From the NCBI GenBank assembly GCA_030248215.1, contig JASANG010002859.1, positions 186,001 through 250,000 of the forward strand: DNA of 64,000 nucleotides, written 5' to 3'. Position 1 is the stretch's first letter, and every line of letters starts with the position of its first letter. Shown here in pieces: positions 21,736 to 35,242 of this stretch. This DNA comes from Enoplolaimus lenunculus. Taxonomy: Eukaryota. A model generated the notes under the pieces. The model did no database searches and had not been told where the DNA came from. It was given only the letters and a program-made list of their open reading frames with translations. Both the position numbers and the translations under genes were made by a program.

Positions 21736-24700
21736 GTTGGTCTCACATTTATAACGATAGCAATTTACATATATATTCGGAAGAAAACCTCCAAACTTGT
21801 GCCGACTTCTGTAATACCGTAGTAAGGATGCAAAACTTAACTGAAACTGAGCATTTAAGCCGAATTTTACAATTGTGAAGAAAATTGCGCTTTCAGTGGT
21901 GAAACATATGGACTTTAGCTCAAATTTGAGTGGAAAAAGGAAATTTTTGCCGCAGTATTTTTCGCGTCAAGGTCGAAGCACTAATCCTTATGAATGTGGA
22001 GTATTCTGTATTAAAATCGTTTGAATTTTTTTTATTCTTTCAGCAAGGTCATACAAACAAAAATGATCAATTTATTCCTGTTTCTTTTTCGGTAAATCCA
22101 CTATATTTACGTAGGATGTACGTACTCAATATGCCAGCGCCACATGATATGAGTACCTCCCCGGTACCGCGCCTAGTTAGAGCACGTCAGGGTGCAACCG
22201 AAATTCCGGTTCCGGCATTTTTTCACCTTCCGATTCCGGTTCCGGTAAATTTTTACCGGATTTAAAAATTCCGGTGTTATAATTTGGCCGTTTTCTTAAC
22301 TTTGCTAATTTTTAAGAATCTCTTTTGAAAGCCACTTGTACTCCGAATATAAGCCATTGATGGTGGATTTCACTTCTAGTCGACGACGAAAATCTAAAAT
22401 ACAACAAATAAAATAAATACCTATGTTCGACTAAGGTTGTTTCACAAATAATAGAGCAAAAAATACGATTAAAATGAAATTTTTGGTGAAATGCATTTTT
22501 CATTTTCCGGTTCCGGTAAAATTTTCAAATTCCGGTTCCGGTAAATTGTAATTCCGGTTGCACCCTGGCTACGACATATATATATACGTAATACGTATAT
22601 CTATGTGGTGTCCAACAGTGCGAAAACTACAGTTTTGGTTTCAGGATTTGCAAGTTGCAAACCTACGAAAAGCGATTACACCGCGCCCGCCGCCGAAATC
22701 TGCTCCGGCACTAAGCCGAGTGTTTCCAAGAAGGTTCCTCACCAATGAACCCAAACTTGTGACGTTTAAAAACCAGTCTACTGATAGTTGTAAGTGGTTC
22801 ATGACTACGTAGCAGAGTGCCACCGGGTGCTCAATTACGTATATATATGGAATGCGGTGTTAGGTAGTAAAATATGCGGCCGAATCTCGTGCCCGGTATT
22901 ATATGCATAATTCAGTAAAAATAGCAGTTAGTCACACAAATTTAGTGTTTGCATTATTTTGTCATAATTTGCACCTTAGTATGCGTAGGTGTCAATTTTC
23001 CTTTCTGATGCTGGTAAATGTTCTCACTTCGATGCATTGCACCGCACTTTAGCACGTAATTAAAACGTAAATCATTAACTTACCTAGAACTAAGTGTTTT
23101 AATAACAGACGCGGTTCACAGAATGTATTGTCGTCAATTGCCATATTTCAGTTTTTCGGTGCAAGAATTACGATAAGAAAAGCCAAAAACTCTACTTTGA
23201 CCAGATTTTCGACGTAGAATACAGGATTGGTGTCGGATCGTTTGGCGAGGTGAGCTCCAATGTTGAGTAAACCGTAGAAATGAAAATAAAAATTATAAAG
23301 AATGCGTTGACTTCTCAAAAACTTTAGCTTCAATTTACATATTGCTTACATGATATAACATGAATGTCAACGTCGTAAAAAATTTATTTTGAAGTGCTTT
23401 GTGTTGCCTATTTTAGTCGAAATTTGTAAACTAAAAATATGTGTGTCGTGGTCTTGTGAAATTACAATTCATCTGTTTTACACCGCTCATAGCAGCAGTA
23501 TTGTGGTCAAGGACTCAAAAGATTGCAAATCTAAATTTGAAAAAGCTTCCTTTATAGAATATTCATTTGCTGGTGATGAGACGGGATCTGTTTTTGGTTT
23601 TTGGTAAATGTCGGTAGGTCTGTGTGGGATAAAGTTTTGTTCACATTTGGGCTTGTACTATATACGTATACGTATCGTATATGTTCAGGTTTTTCGTGTG
23701 CGCAGTAAAGAAGATGGCAAATTGTACGCTGTCAAAAGGGCTCTTGAACCCTTTAGAAGTTTGAAAGATAGGTATGTTTCTGTTTCGAGGTTTCATTCAG
23801 TAAGAATTTTGATTTTAATCGTAAGTTGAAAATCTAGTTTTTAATTTAGGAAGTGTAAGAGCAATATATTTCACGCAGCTGTTTTATATCTGAGGAAATG
23901 TTCATCAGTGGTTCAAAGCAGTATATGTGTTTGTTTGTTAATAGATTATTACAGTTTAAACCACAATGTTGCGAATTTTACAGTTGTTTTAAAAAATTTA
24001 GGGAAGCGAAATTTGAAGAAGTACAAAAGCTTGAACAACTACCCGCTCATCCTAATTTAGTTGGTTTTGTTCAAGCGTGGGAAGAGCGTGGAATTCTTTA
24101 CATTCAAACTGAATTATGTAGAACTTCGTAAGTGCGCTATTGTTGTTGTAGTAATCATTCATTTGTTTTCTACGTTTCGCATTTTAGCTGTCATCAGAAT
24201 TTATTTTATAATATTCCTGCTTCAAGTTAATTATGAGAATGGTAAATTATATTGGTACCCTTCTCGCCATGAATCGTGATGGAATAATAACATTCCGTTA
24301 AGTAATTTTCGAAGAATTACAACAGTGTTTCCGATAACGACTAATAAAACAAGTTCTGTTGCCCATTACATATTTTTTATGTTTTAGATTGTACCATTAT
24401 TGCGATCAAAATCATGAGATTCCAGAATGGCAAGTATGGTTCATAATTATCGATCTGCTGCGAGTATGTCTTTGTTGGTTTTGTGTAAATATCTTCTCCG
24501 CTGAGTTAAACCGAATTATTTTTAGGAGAAACAGTTCTATGCATTTTTATTTCGTAAATGGCCAGCTGTTTAAATTTCCGCTGATCACTTTATTTTGTTT
24601 TTTTCTAGGCTGTTAAACATCTACACGATCGAAATTTGGTGCACGCGGACATCAAACCAGCGAATATTTTCATCACACACGATGGAATATGCAAATTGGG

Positions 24701-27700
24701 TGATTTCGGCTTAGTGCATGATTTGAATGAAGTGAGTTGTGTCTAAACCGTTCAGCAACAAACCAACCTGTTATCATTTAGTAATCGTTACAGTACGTTA
24801 TTGATCGTATATATGGTGTATAGTATATATTAGATATGCCCCGTGGCGTGGCCGGGGCGAGCACCTAATTTGCCGCAGCTAATTAATATACAATTGTTAT
24901 TGATTAGCATGAAAAATAATCGTACCACGCTCGGCTCAAGTTTGAACAGTGAAAACTATGAAAATATTAATTAATAAGGAATTACTGTTCAGGGTATTTT
25001 TATTTTCCACTGTTCAGGGACTGAGCGAAACTTTCGTGTAGTTCATAACGGAGACCAAAGCATTACTTGATCATAGATTTTTTCTAGACTAGTAGAGTGA
25101 AAGCACGGCTGTTGGGACATCTTTAATTTTAGGATGGTGCCGTGGCGATTGAAGGGGACTCAAAGTACATTGCTCCGGAAATCCTCAATGGAAGGTTTAC
25201 GAAGGCGGCTGACATATTTTCGTATGTGCATTTAACTTGACTTTATTCTGAATTTAAGCTTTAAAATTTCGTCTGTACCATAATAAGCCTGGCACATGCA
25301 TAATGGATGTCATTATCTATCACATTGTGCATTCATATTAACAGGAAATTTTTCTCTGAATTCAGGTTCGTTTTCATGTAAACATTGGGGATGGGCGAAC
25401 TACTGTCTGTAGTTTGTTTTTTGCGCTAAAACAGTAAAACAGGACGATAATATAATGTTTGTTTCAAAATTATTCGATTTGTTTAATTTTTAAAGGTGTA
25501 GTGTATATGAGGCTTGCGTATGTTCAGGCTTGGCATGACGGTATTGGAGCTATCAACCGATCTTGACATACCACAGTCTGGGGAACGGTGGCATAAGCTA
25601 CGAATGGGTAATTTGCCGATTACACTAAAGCCATTTCTAGTGGGTAAGAGCATGCAAGTTCACTTTGTTTTTTTAATTATCTTTTACTCAATGTAATATC
25701 TATCGAAAAATAGTTCAAGAAGTGCAATAGTGCTGTATATGGAGAGAAAATTCTCTGGATAAAACGACGGCTCATTTATTGTAAATGCGATAACTGACCA
25801 AAAGCAGTTCGAAAAATGACGTACTCACGTGCTTTTCAATTTTTTTACTCAATGCTATATGCCAAAAAATAGTTTGGTAAAATGCTCGCCCCTATTAAAT
25901 AGTTTATCTGTTGTCAGGAAGATCAAAAGAGCTCATTTCTTTTATAAGCGACTGCATGAATCCTGATCCTGTTCATCGTCTGGGTGTTGACGCGTTGTTA
26001 CAGTTGCCCACTGTCCAACAGTACATCAAATGGCGTCGCTTGTATTATGCACGAGCGTCAGTGGTAAGTAAGCTGGCTACTGTTTTAGTCCCGTATGTGC
26101 AGACGTTGCTTTGACTTTCACCCGTTTTTTAATTATTGTTATTCTCTCGCTGTTGCATACTTCCCCCACATTTAAGGTTAATGCTTATGCTTACTTAAGT
26201 AAGACTTTTCCCAAGCCAAGTCTTTGGGGGGTAGTGTATATGTACAAGAGCTGTACAAACTACGGATGGTCCTTCACATTTCGCGGTCGGTACTAAGTCG
26301 AATTATTCTTTCAGATAGGTGCGTTCCGAAGCATGTTCAACTTTCTATGGTGCTATTTGATGATCTTGATACACTTTTTGGTGTATCCGTTTTACGGTTT
26401 TAACCGATTTAACAGTGATATTGATGTAAACCATGATGACGCTCATGCCCGGCTTTTATCAGTACCGTCTTCAACTCGAAGCTCGTTACTAAATCGAAGT
26501 GACACAGCATTCAAACACTCACCGACGCATAATGCCAATCCAACCACAGTTATGACAAGCTTACGACCTGGAGTTTTACAACTGCCAGTTGCGCAAAGAG
26601 GGGTATATTCACCAATGGGTCATTGCCGTACCGGAAAGCTACAACCTCTGCGTCGCGTCACTAGATCTATGCTCAATGAACGGGTCGTACAACAGTTTCA
26701 CAATGACTCTTTGTGTTCTGTTGCAGGTTAGCTTTCTTCGCTGTTGTGTTTTGAAGTTGGTAGAAATTCATTTGTTTTTGCGGTCGATATACTAGTCTCT
26801 TCAGCCAAGTCCCCCAACTTTTGGTCTGCCAGCATGTTGGTTGATCAGTTAACGATTTCCAAACCTAAAATATAATTCGAATACACCATTTATAATTCGG
26901 ATTCACCACTTCCTGGACCATTTATCAGTCACAAATTCTATTGAATAATCCCAGAAGTAAATATTGTATAGTAAAGGCTAGCATAAGGCTGTAAGTGTAA
27001 ACTAATAAAGATGCCTCCGGGTTGCAGGGTACAACGGGAATTGCTATTCCGATTGGTAATGCTACCTGCCTACCTCTGATATATAGCATAAAAATTCTGT
27101 AGTATTTAAACTAACATCGCTCGATCTCAACATCTTAGCACGCATAAAACCGTTTTATTTTAAGATTAGCAATAACTGTTTGTAATTTAGCTTTGCAGCA
27201 CCAAAAGATCATTACCAATTTGGTCATCCGACGTTTTTGAAAATTGTTGCCAACCAATAAACAGGCGAATATTATATTTTTGCTAATACAAATTATCCGT
27301 GTAGTAAGAAAGTTTCTATCTGCTTTTCTGATTTTAGAAACAACGATATGTTTTGTTTACAGTTGCCCCGGGCCAGCATGTTGATCGGGGCCGGTACCAA
27401 GCGGGGCCAAGTTAGAACACGGAAAGATCACTCATGAGCTACGATATACGTAATACGTATATGGTAGCTAACAGTGGGAAATCCGCATGTTGTGTAGTGT
27501 GTACAGCAAAACTGGGAAAATACAAAATACCGTATACAATAATGTATCGTGATTTTCATATTTTTGAAACGAGAACCCAGCGTCATATGATTTTTTTCAT
27601 TTCAGTCAATTAAGAATCGTATATAAAAACTGGCCCCGGCAAATAACGTGCTGGCCCCGGTGCCGTGATCTTAGGCTCTGGTACCGGAGCCGAGGCTAGG

Positions 27701-30700
27701 TTCCAGGCCATCCCAGTCTAGTTGTATTTGTTTTTCAGCTGATGATACTTCTACAGGTCATAAAAATGAACAAGAACTCAATGGTTCCATACCATCAGAT
27801 CCTTGTGATAACAGCGATACAGATGACGAAAACGGAAATATTCCACATAACATGCTTCCGCCATCGTACCAAAGACTTTTGATTGATGACAATACGTATA
27901 TTTAACACTTTTTAGTTTTGTTTTTTACTTTCATGTCGACATTGAAAATAGTTGAGCCAGCCTTTATTAACTTTGTAGACTGACCAGTGGTAGTTTATAG
28001 TTTCCTTCAAACGGTGTGTGCGAATTTCAACAGTAATTTTCAAGTCATGTGGGCGATATTAGTGGTAAGTAATGTATTCCAGTATTACGTGATTTTGGAA
28101 ATTTGTGGAATGTTTTAACCACTAATTTTTTCTAGGACGCGAGCACCTATACATCGTAGGCGTAGCCAGGCATTTGGAAACGGGGTAGGCAGTAGGGATG
28201 TGGGCAGGGGTTTTTTGTGCAAAATAGTGTGCTTTTGCACACCTAATTTTGCACATTAATTTGCACACCTTACAGTGGAACAATAATTGAAAACACCTGT
28301 TTAAAACTCCTCGAAAGTTGCCTTTCATTTATTTCATCTTCAGGGTTTCACCGTGCAAATATCGCATAAATAATATGTACATATGTGCGGTGCAATGCAT
28401 AGATACGCACACATGTATATCTAATACATAATACAATACATAATATACGTAGCGCATAGAATGAGTCATCATAATTGGCGTTGATTCGCCGTTATAACCA
28501 GTCCTGCATTCAGCACACATAGCCTTAATTTTGCACACCTTGACTTTATTTTGCACATTAATTAGCACACCTTGGGATTTGAAAAAAACCTGGATGTGGG
28601 GTCTCGATCTCGGTAAGTTTCGGGATTTAGCTGGTCTCGGTTTTTGAGTCTCGGTATGTTTCAAACCGAGATCACGGTCTCGGTTTTTTGAGTCTCGGTA
28701 GGTTTCAAACCGAGACCAAAGGAGAAAGACAAGTGGCGTGGGGTTGTGTTACGTTCCAGCATGTGTGTTTGTTAGGGTGTTTTTCTAAAGATAACATTTT
28801 GCGGTAATTTTTGTGTTTAATATAAATTCTGAGCAGATGCAACATTTTGTCATACTAGAATGACACAGAAGTTCGAAAAACATTCAAAACTTTTGTTAGA
28901 AAAAATTTTATTTTTATGCTCGGTAACGGTCAAAAATTGACGGAGACCGAGACCAAACAATCTCTGTTGTTGGGTCTCGGTTTTTGACCAAGACCGCACA
29001 TCCCTGGTAGGAAGGGTGCATCCGGAATCAGCACATTCAATCGGACTCGGAATTGTGAAATTTTAACTTTAATCTTACTTCATCTGAAACGTTGCATAAA
29101 AATTCTGCATTATTTGTCTATTAAATTGCTTTCGATGAGATAACTTATCAATGATTGATTGTAGATTAGCTTTTGCAGAACCAAAAATCATCACCAACTT
29201 GTTATGCAACCTTTTTGAAAATTGTTGCCAGCCAACAAGAACCCTAAATCAACACGATTTGTTAATACAAATTATCCGTATAGTCACAAAATTTCTAGTT
29301 CCGATTCCGGTAAAATCCAGTTCCGCTTTGCATCCTGGGGTTAGGTTCTATAAAAATGCTAAAGCAAGGTTTTTATTGTCACGTATAAACTGAATAAGTA
29401 TCTAAAACATCTTTATAAAACTTCTAAAGGGGGTTTGGCACCTAAGCCCACCCACCTGGCTACGCTTTTGTACCTTTACATTTGAGTTGCATTTTATATG
29501 ATGCGTTCTTAATGTCTTCAGGGGAAGCTCACATCGTCCTTGGAAATCAACACCAGTAGTCAAAACTTATACTCGCCGAGGCAGTACAGTGCGTAACAAT
29601 ATTAGAGATACACTAGCTTTTGCTGCTGAATCTCCTACACAGCTCCGCGGGTAAGCAAAATGAGATGCTATGTGGCTGTGTAACTGATCTGTGGGGTTTG
29701 CTTCCCGTAAAATTATGGACAACCAATTCCATTTCAGTATTCAACATACTTTTGCTAGCATACACACACGTTACTGTTGGCTCCGGCAAAAATCTACAGG
29801 TTTTATCTTTTTCATATTCGGGTTTTTAGAATAATGCGCAAAACAAAATCTGTTGTGGTTGTAGTAAGCGTGTCAGCGATTCTTTGGCCCTTTCCTTGTT
29901 ACTCAAGTGGCTGTTTGTGCCAGTAAAACGTTTAGTAGAAACGTTTTAATATAAGTCGTTTGAAGTATGGGGAAAAGCTTTAGGTTTTGTGACTTCAAAA
30001 CTGGATAATATTTATTGCCATTGAACTGAAGTCTTGAACAAAGCTAAGTTTGTAACATGTTAGCGGTGTCTGTTTCCAATTTGCAGTGTATTCCTTGCGT
30101 ATTGCTATATTTCAGCAGCCGATGCACTTCTCGTCGCCATAATCGCTCATTTTTGCAACAGCTCAATGAATATGACGTCAGTCCATCGAATTCGGTAGTA
30201 ACAACGATATCACCAGCAGCCAAGTCTAGGCTTCCTGTACGCAGCACCAGTTCCACCAATTTAAGCAATCGAAGTATTGGATCTGTAAAATATAGTACGA
30301 CAAAAAATTGCAAAAAGAGCTCACCGGCGCTTAGTTTCGTTTCGAGCGTAGCAGACATCGCGTCAGAAACCCAGAGCGTTCGTGCTACTTCTATGTCTCC
30401 ATCTCCAGTGTCCGTAGAAGATGATAGTCCGGTATCGGTAGCGTTGCGAATTGCTCCGAAGAATTTACTAGATGTGAGCCAAGTTGTTTGTATTACAACA
30501 ACTGATTGGTGTTTATTTTTTAATTCTATACAAAATATTGTCATAATAAGTGCATACTTAATACACAATTTGCGACCGTTTCAATCATTTTTTGGTCATC
30601 ACCGTAAAAAGTAAAATTTTTAAAATTAATTATTTCTAATGTGTTTTTCGTAGTTTTTTATTTATTTTGTGTTTTCATAGTTTTTTGTCAGAGACTCAAC

Positions 30701-31106
30701 AAACCGAGACCTGCCAATACCGAGATTTGAAGATACCGAACCTCCTATTCCTTAGGACCGGAGTTTATTCCTCTCAAATCAAATTTCATACATACATAAT
30801 GGTTAACAATAGGGTTATAACTAGGGATGTGCCTATTAATCGGCATCGGTAATAATCGGCACTTTTCGTGGATATCGGAATTCGGCAAAATATCAAATAA
30901 GAATCGGCATCGGCAAAATTTTTGATATCGGCACATCCTTAGTAAAACCAATTTTAGTTCGATTGGTTTTCCAACATGTTAGCATCATTATAGCAAAATA
31001 GCGTACCTTCACTCATTTCGGTATGCATGCGACTTAAATTCGATAAAAGCATGTTTATGTTATTTTTCAGGAGTTCAATAAATCTTCAACATCCGATGAA
31101 GATTGA
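21664..31106 (+). CDS. wee-1.3: Membrane-associated Tyr/Thr CDK1-inhibitory kinase Myt1 (Wee1 family; WEE-1.3/PKMYT1-like), 721 aa
   Basis: 15 phase-consistent exons: 21664-21735, 22645-22789, 23152-23249, 23689-23771, 24002-24127, 24388-24463, 24609-24731, 25133-25221, 25528-25643, 25918-26063, 26315-26726, 27739-27895, 29522-29650, 30116-30473, 31071-31106 (2166 nt, ends TGA). Motifs: [42 protein letters not shown] (Wee1-family), post-kinase hydrophobic segment [18 protein letters not shown]-terminal PKNLL. Confidence 0.95.
22188..22567. mobile_element. hAT-like MITE (TIR CAGGGTGCAACCGGAATT)
   Basis: Near-identical inverted copy at 49107-49503. Confidence 0.85.
22645..22789 (+). CDS. wee-1.3: Myt1 exon 2
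   Basis: [17 protein letters not shown]; tttcag / gtaagt. Confidence 0.9.
23152..23249 (+). CDS. wee-1.3: Myt1 exon 3 (Gly-rich loop)
   Basis: [19 protein letters not shown]; tttcag / gtgagc. Confidence 0.95.
23689..23771 (+). CDS. wee-1.3: Myt1 exon 4
   Basis: [17 protein letters not shown]; gttcag / gtatgt. Confidence 0.95.
24002..24127 (+). CDS. wee-1.3: Myt1 exon 5
   Basis: [35 protein letters not shown]. Confidence 0.95.
24388..24463 (+). CDS. wee-1.3: Myt1 exon 6
   Basis: [17 protein letters not shown]; ttttag / gtatgt. Confidence 0.93.
24609..24731 (+). CDS. wee-1.3: Myt1 exon 7 (catalytic loop, DFG)
   Basis: [36 protein letters not shown]. Confidence 0.97.
25133..25221 (+). CDS. 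wee-1.3: Myt1 exon 8
   Basis: [25 protein letters not shown]. Confidence 0.96.
25528..25643 (+). CDS. wee-1.3: Myt1 exon 9
   Basis: [27 protein letters not shown]. Confidence 0.95.
25918..26063 (+). CDS. wee-1.3: Myt1 exon 10
   Basis: [29 protein letters not shown]. Confidence 0.93.
26315..26726 (+). CDS. wee-1.3: Myt1 exon 11 (membrane anchor)
   Basis: tttcag|ATA...hydrophobic segment...GCA G|gttagc. Confidence 0.88.
27739..27895 (+). CDS. wee-1.3: Myt1 exon 12
   Basis: tttcag / gtatat, open, phase 1-2, acidic. Confidence 0.75.
28155..29470. mobile_element. Four nested hAT-like elements in Myt1 intron 12
   Basis: TSDs GATGTGGG (28205-28592), GTAGGCAG/GTAGGAAG (28193-29006), GGGGTAGG/GGGTTAGG (28190-29337), CTATACAT/CTTTACAT (outer). 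Confidence 0.82.
29522..29650 (+). CDS. wee-1.3: Myt1 exon 13
   Basis: cttcag / gtaagc, open, phase 2-2. Confidence 0.78.
30116..30473 (+). CDS. wee-1.3: Myt1 exon 14
   Basis: Ser-rich, ends APKNLLD|gtgagc; NAGNAG acceptor. Confidence 0.82.
31071..31106 (+). CDS. wee-1.3: Myt1 exon 15 (terminal)
   Basis: tttttcag|[11 protein letters not shown]. Confidence 0.8.
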   Translation, partial: EFNKSSTSDED

Positions 31107-31351
31107 AACGGTAGAATTATGTGCTTTACCAGGGTTTGAACGAAATTGTTATTCCGGTTAGAATTCCAATTTACAACACTAATTCATATTTCGATTCAAA
31201 GTGGATCAGAATTGAAATTGGTGTTTTGGAAGTTTGCGTTTGATCAATATTGTAATATGCTTTTATGAAAATAGTGTTCGTACCTTTTTGTATTTATGCT
31301 AATTTTCTTAGTGTTGCAATTTTCAATAACAAAATGTTAGGTTATTGTTTT

Positions 31352-31357
31352 AATAAA
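31352..31357 (+). terminator. Candidate polyadenylation signal of the Myt1 gene
   Basis: AATAAA about 245 nt after the stop, following a U-rich UTR-like stretch. Confidence 0.45.
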
Positions 31358-34300
31358 CTGACGACTTCTCGTGTATGAAGCGTCGCCTGAAACGTTATCT
31401 GGCGTAAAGCGGACGCGTTGTAAGTTTGCCAAACCTCAATCTATAACAACTTTAGTTTGATAGTGTTCATAATTGAACTAACGCATTGTCTGTCCAGCAT
31501 TTTGGCTAATTCTTAATCTTGAATGGTGCCACCGATAGCTACCTCTGGTCCCTGTGAAAAATATTTCATACAAATTGTATGCTTTTGTAATTTTGAAAGC
31601 TTTCTGTCGCCAAAGTATAGGTGACAGGTGGACGGTTTTTCCACTAAACTATAACGAATAGTCTACATGAATTTTTTGCCGGGTTTTAAAAAATCGTAAA
31701 GTAAAAATTTTTGACAACGCGGATATTTACTACATTTAGTTCATTGGCAGGGGTAAATGGAAAGTAAACAGTACGGAAATGTATAGTGAACAGTGAAAAA
31801 ATATGAAAACGGAAAACTGATATTGAACTATAATGCGCTTACTGCTCGCAGCTTTCCGAGTGCGGTCTGGTTTTGGTCATAAAATAGAATAGGAGTTACA
31901 ACGGCACTGGCCAGGGTACAACCAAAGGTTTGGAGCGCGTTTCTTTTTAACTTTTGTCAGTTTTGAAGAATGAATTGTCGAAATTTCGTAAAAAATGAGC
32001 GTTAAACCAAACGATTAAACACGTCACTGCTAACAAATTAAACATTTTAACTTTCGCTGCGGCTCCGGCAAGTTTTGTTGACCTCTGGCTCCAGTATTTT
32101 TCACCTCCGGATGCACTCTGGTTCTGAAAATCGACCTGCTTTGATACATTTTTGCCGAAAATTCCAGCAATTTTCAGTGAAGTATTTCGTGTTTTGTAAA
32201 AACTGTTCCATTTGATGAGCTTGAAAACTTTACCAGCGACGAATCTTCCGTATGATAAGTGAATGGGTGTTCTCTTGACTTGCTCGGCAGATCACCGCCC
32301 TTAATAAAGCAATTTAGCAATGGTTTCCATTTTGGTTGCATTAAAACCTGAGGAACGTTTGATTTCTTAAGCGTTTTACGATTTGTGAATTATGACATAT
32401 TTTAAGTTGACAACGTACCATTCATTGGGGGAAAATAAAATGCGGAGGGAAGCTATGCGAACTGAGCCAAATTTATTAAGATGGTGTCGTGTTTCCATGG
32501 CTGCCCAGTTTGCAGACGAAACCGTAACGACACAACCGAAACCACATCAACACCCGTGCTGGAAGTAGATTTTCGGCTGCCTTCTTAATGGGAAATCAGA
32601 AAAGGTAACGTAAAATTTTAGATTGGAACTGATGAGGGTAAGAATTTCTCATAACTTCCTGCTAGAAGCTCCACAATAAACTGGCAACAAATTATCTACG
32701 TTTATCTATTCGCATATCCATACTTCACAATATTAAAATTCAAAAATTTATGTGATACATTTCAATTGTTGTACTTTAGGTTCTGACAGCAAAAGTTAAT
32801 ATAAACAGTAAACAGCATAAGATAACCAACAAATAAATTGCGCGAAAAGCATAACAATAGAATCGGATGCTAAACAACAAAACCAGTCGCTTTTACCTGA
32901 TCGAGTCACAATTGGAATGACGGTTATAACATATCGGTGGATATAAAAACTGGTGCAGTGCCAAGCCATATTGGCGTTAGTGACATGGCTAAATTGGTGC
33001 CGTGGCTACGACACTTATACTTTAAATCATCATGAACATTTCGTAGAAAATACGACTGTTTAGTAGTAAACAAAATCCATTATATTCAGTCAACGAACCT
33101 TTCAGCAAAGACACATGTGTCCCGTCCGCATTTATCATTTATGGGTTTGCACATCAAAGCAAAAACGAAGCGATGGTTAAATTTTTCTAACTAAATACTA
33201 TTCACACCCATTACAGTACTCACCAAGTATCAAATAAACTTGGTGCACGCCAATCACACTAATATATGTAGAGCAATAGCAGACCATATCGGACAATACA
33301 CACAACTAAACAAACAAACAAACGACATAATACAAAAAACAAACTGGGAACGGACTACGCACAAATACAAATGATTCGTTTTCGACCTGACATTTTTAAA
33401 AAAATCAAAAGCATCGCCGGCTCTTGTGCAGTTTCCAGCCACAGGTTTCGAAATTTTGCAAACTTTGACATATCTTAGCTTCGGCGTAAGCTTAAACTTG
33501 TGGGCTGAAGTGTATAAGAGCACTACTGTAAAATTTTAATCCCTGTTTGTGTAGATAACCGCAATTTGATCCGGACAAACCAGTATAATTAAGTTATACA
33601 ACATTACTTAGTAACCTATTGAAATGTTACCGCAACGATATAGATACTTATATATATGCATATTTATATATAATATATATTTATGTATACCAATTTTTAC
33701 ACATATATTTCCACCAATATTGATTCGATTTACTTAAGCCAAGGAACCAAAACATCTAAATTTCAACACTCGCATATTTTCCCTCATAAGCATAAGCTTA
33801 ATCGTAATCTGTGAAAAAGAATGGCAATTTCAAAAACCGAGATGGATACGTGTACAAGAACCAAAAATTCTACGATCCAACTTTACCAACCACACGCGGA
33901 TTAAGGTTTGATACCGAAAAGACTTAAAATAATTAAATATTATTTTAACGCATAAAACTGCATAATATGCGCTCAGCCTGTGATGTATGCAAGGTGAACG
34001 TTAGTTTCAAACGGTTAGCGTAATATTCATTGCGCAATTTTTTAGTTACGCTGAGTTTGACAAATGGCAGTAATGTGCGTATATAACGTTTGAATGCAGC
34101 CAATAACTCCTTCATGGATACAAATATGAGGGGGGTCGATTGGGAACCATCTCCGCTTCTAACGCCTTCGACCTATGGCCCAAAACTTTATCGCCAGAAC
34201 TGAAAACGTTTATCGTATTCGGAAATTTTTTTGTTGTTGCCCTGCTGTAAATCGACTGTCTCTCTCTACCAAACAAATTGCTGGTTGTGGGTTTGAATTT

Positions 34301-35242
34301 TTTTACAATAAAACTAGAATTTTGCTAAATTTCACCAGCGTAAAAATTTCGATTGGCTGTGTCGTCGTTTAGTTCGTAGCAACTCACTTTTTGTTATAGT
34401 AATAAGGTACGTTAGGAAACATTTTTTACACCAAAAAAATCGGAAATGCATATTTAAATGACCAACGAATGGTTTAAATAAACGTCTAATACAATCTACA
34501 TTACACGCGATGTTGGCAACCGATTTGAAAACATACGTCACCATTATGGTTGACATTCGAACATTACAAAGTATATACAATGCGTTCATACTTTCGCAAG
34601 CATTCGTTAGCTACATATATTATCTAAACCCGTATTCTCAAATGTGTGCAGCACCTATTACCAGTTCGTCATAGGCTTTGTAACTTTCGAACCAGGGAAT
34701 AGTGAGGTTTGAAATTGAGCACCACATTTATTGCTTTCGATTTTCCCTGCTACTGTGCCATTTTTGAAATCTGTAATTGTAGCAGTACGTTAGTTTGAAA
34801 ACCTATTACTAACTGGTGATAGGTGCTATATGCATTTGACAATATGGGCCCTGCATTCAAACGTACATGTATCATTTATATATTATACAGCATGTTCCTT
34901 GTGGTACTCACAGAAAATAAGTCAACAGGCGTGCCTACTTGTTTACTTTTCGCTCCCAAAAGTATGTGCCCCCGCACAAGCAGTTTAATAATAAAACAGG
35001 CTTAGGCTTTAAATTTAGGTTTACACTTAATTTTACAAAAAAATAAGGGGAAACGTTTTTAACTTTAATCTAATTAACATTGGTGCGACGAAGAAAGTAA
35101 ACAAGTATTAACCAGGGCACACTACCAACAATACAATTCTTACACGCCATTACAAACTAAACGTTTCACGGAAGCTAAACAGCAAACACGAATACAAGAT
35201 GAGCTAAACCAAAAGTTTACTGAGATTTTTACAGTGTCATCT

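Noticed and set aside
22312..22503. Duplicated small [11 protein letters not shown] (also 49183-49380)
   Set aside because: Internal to two copies of the same hAT-like MITE; no transposase similarity.
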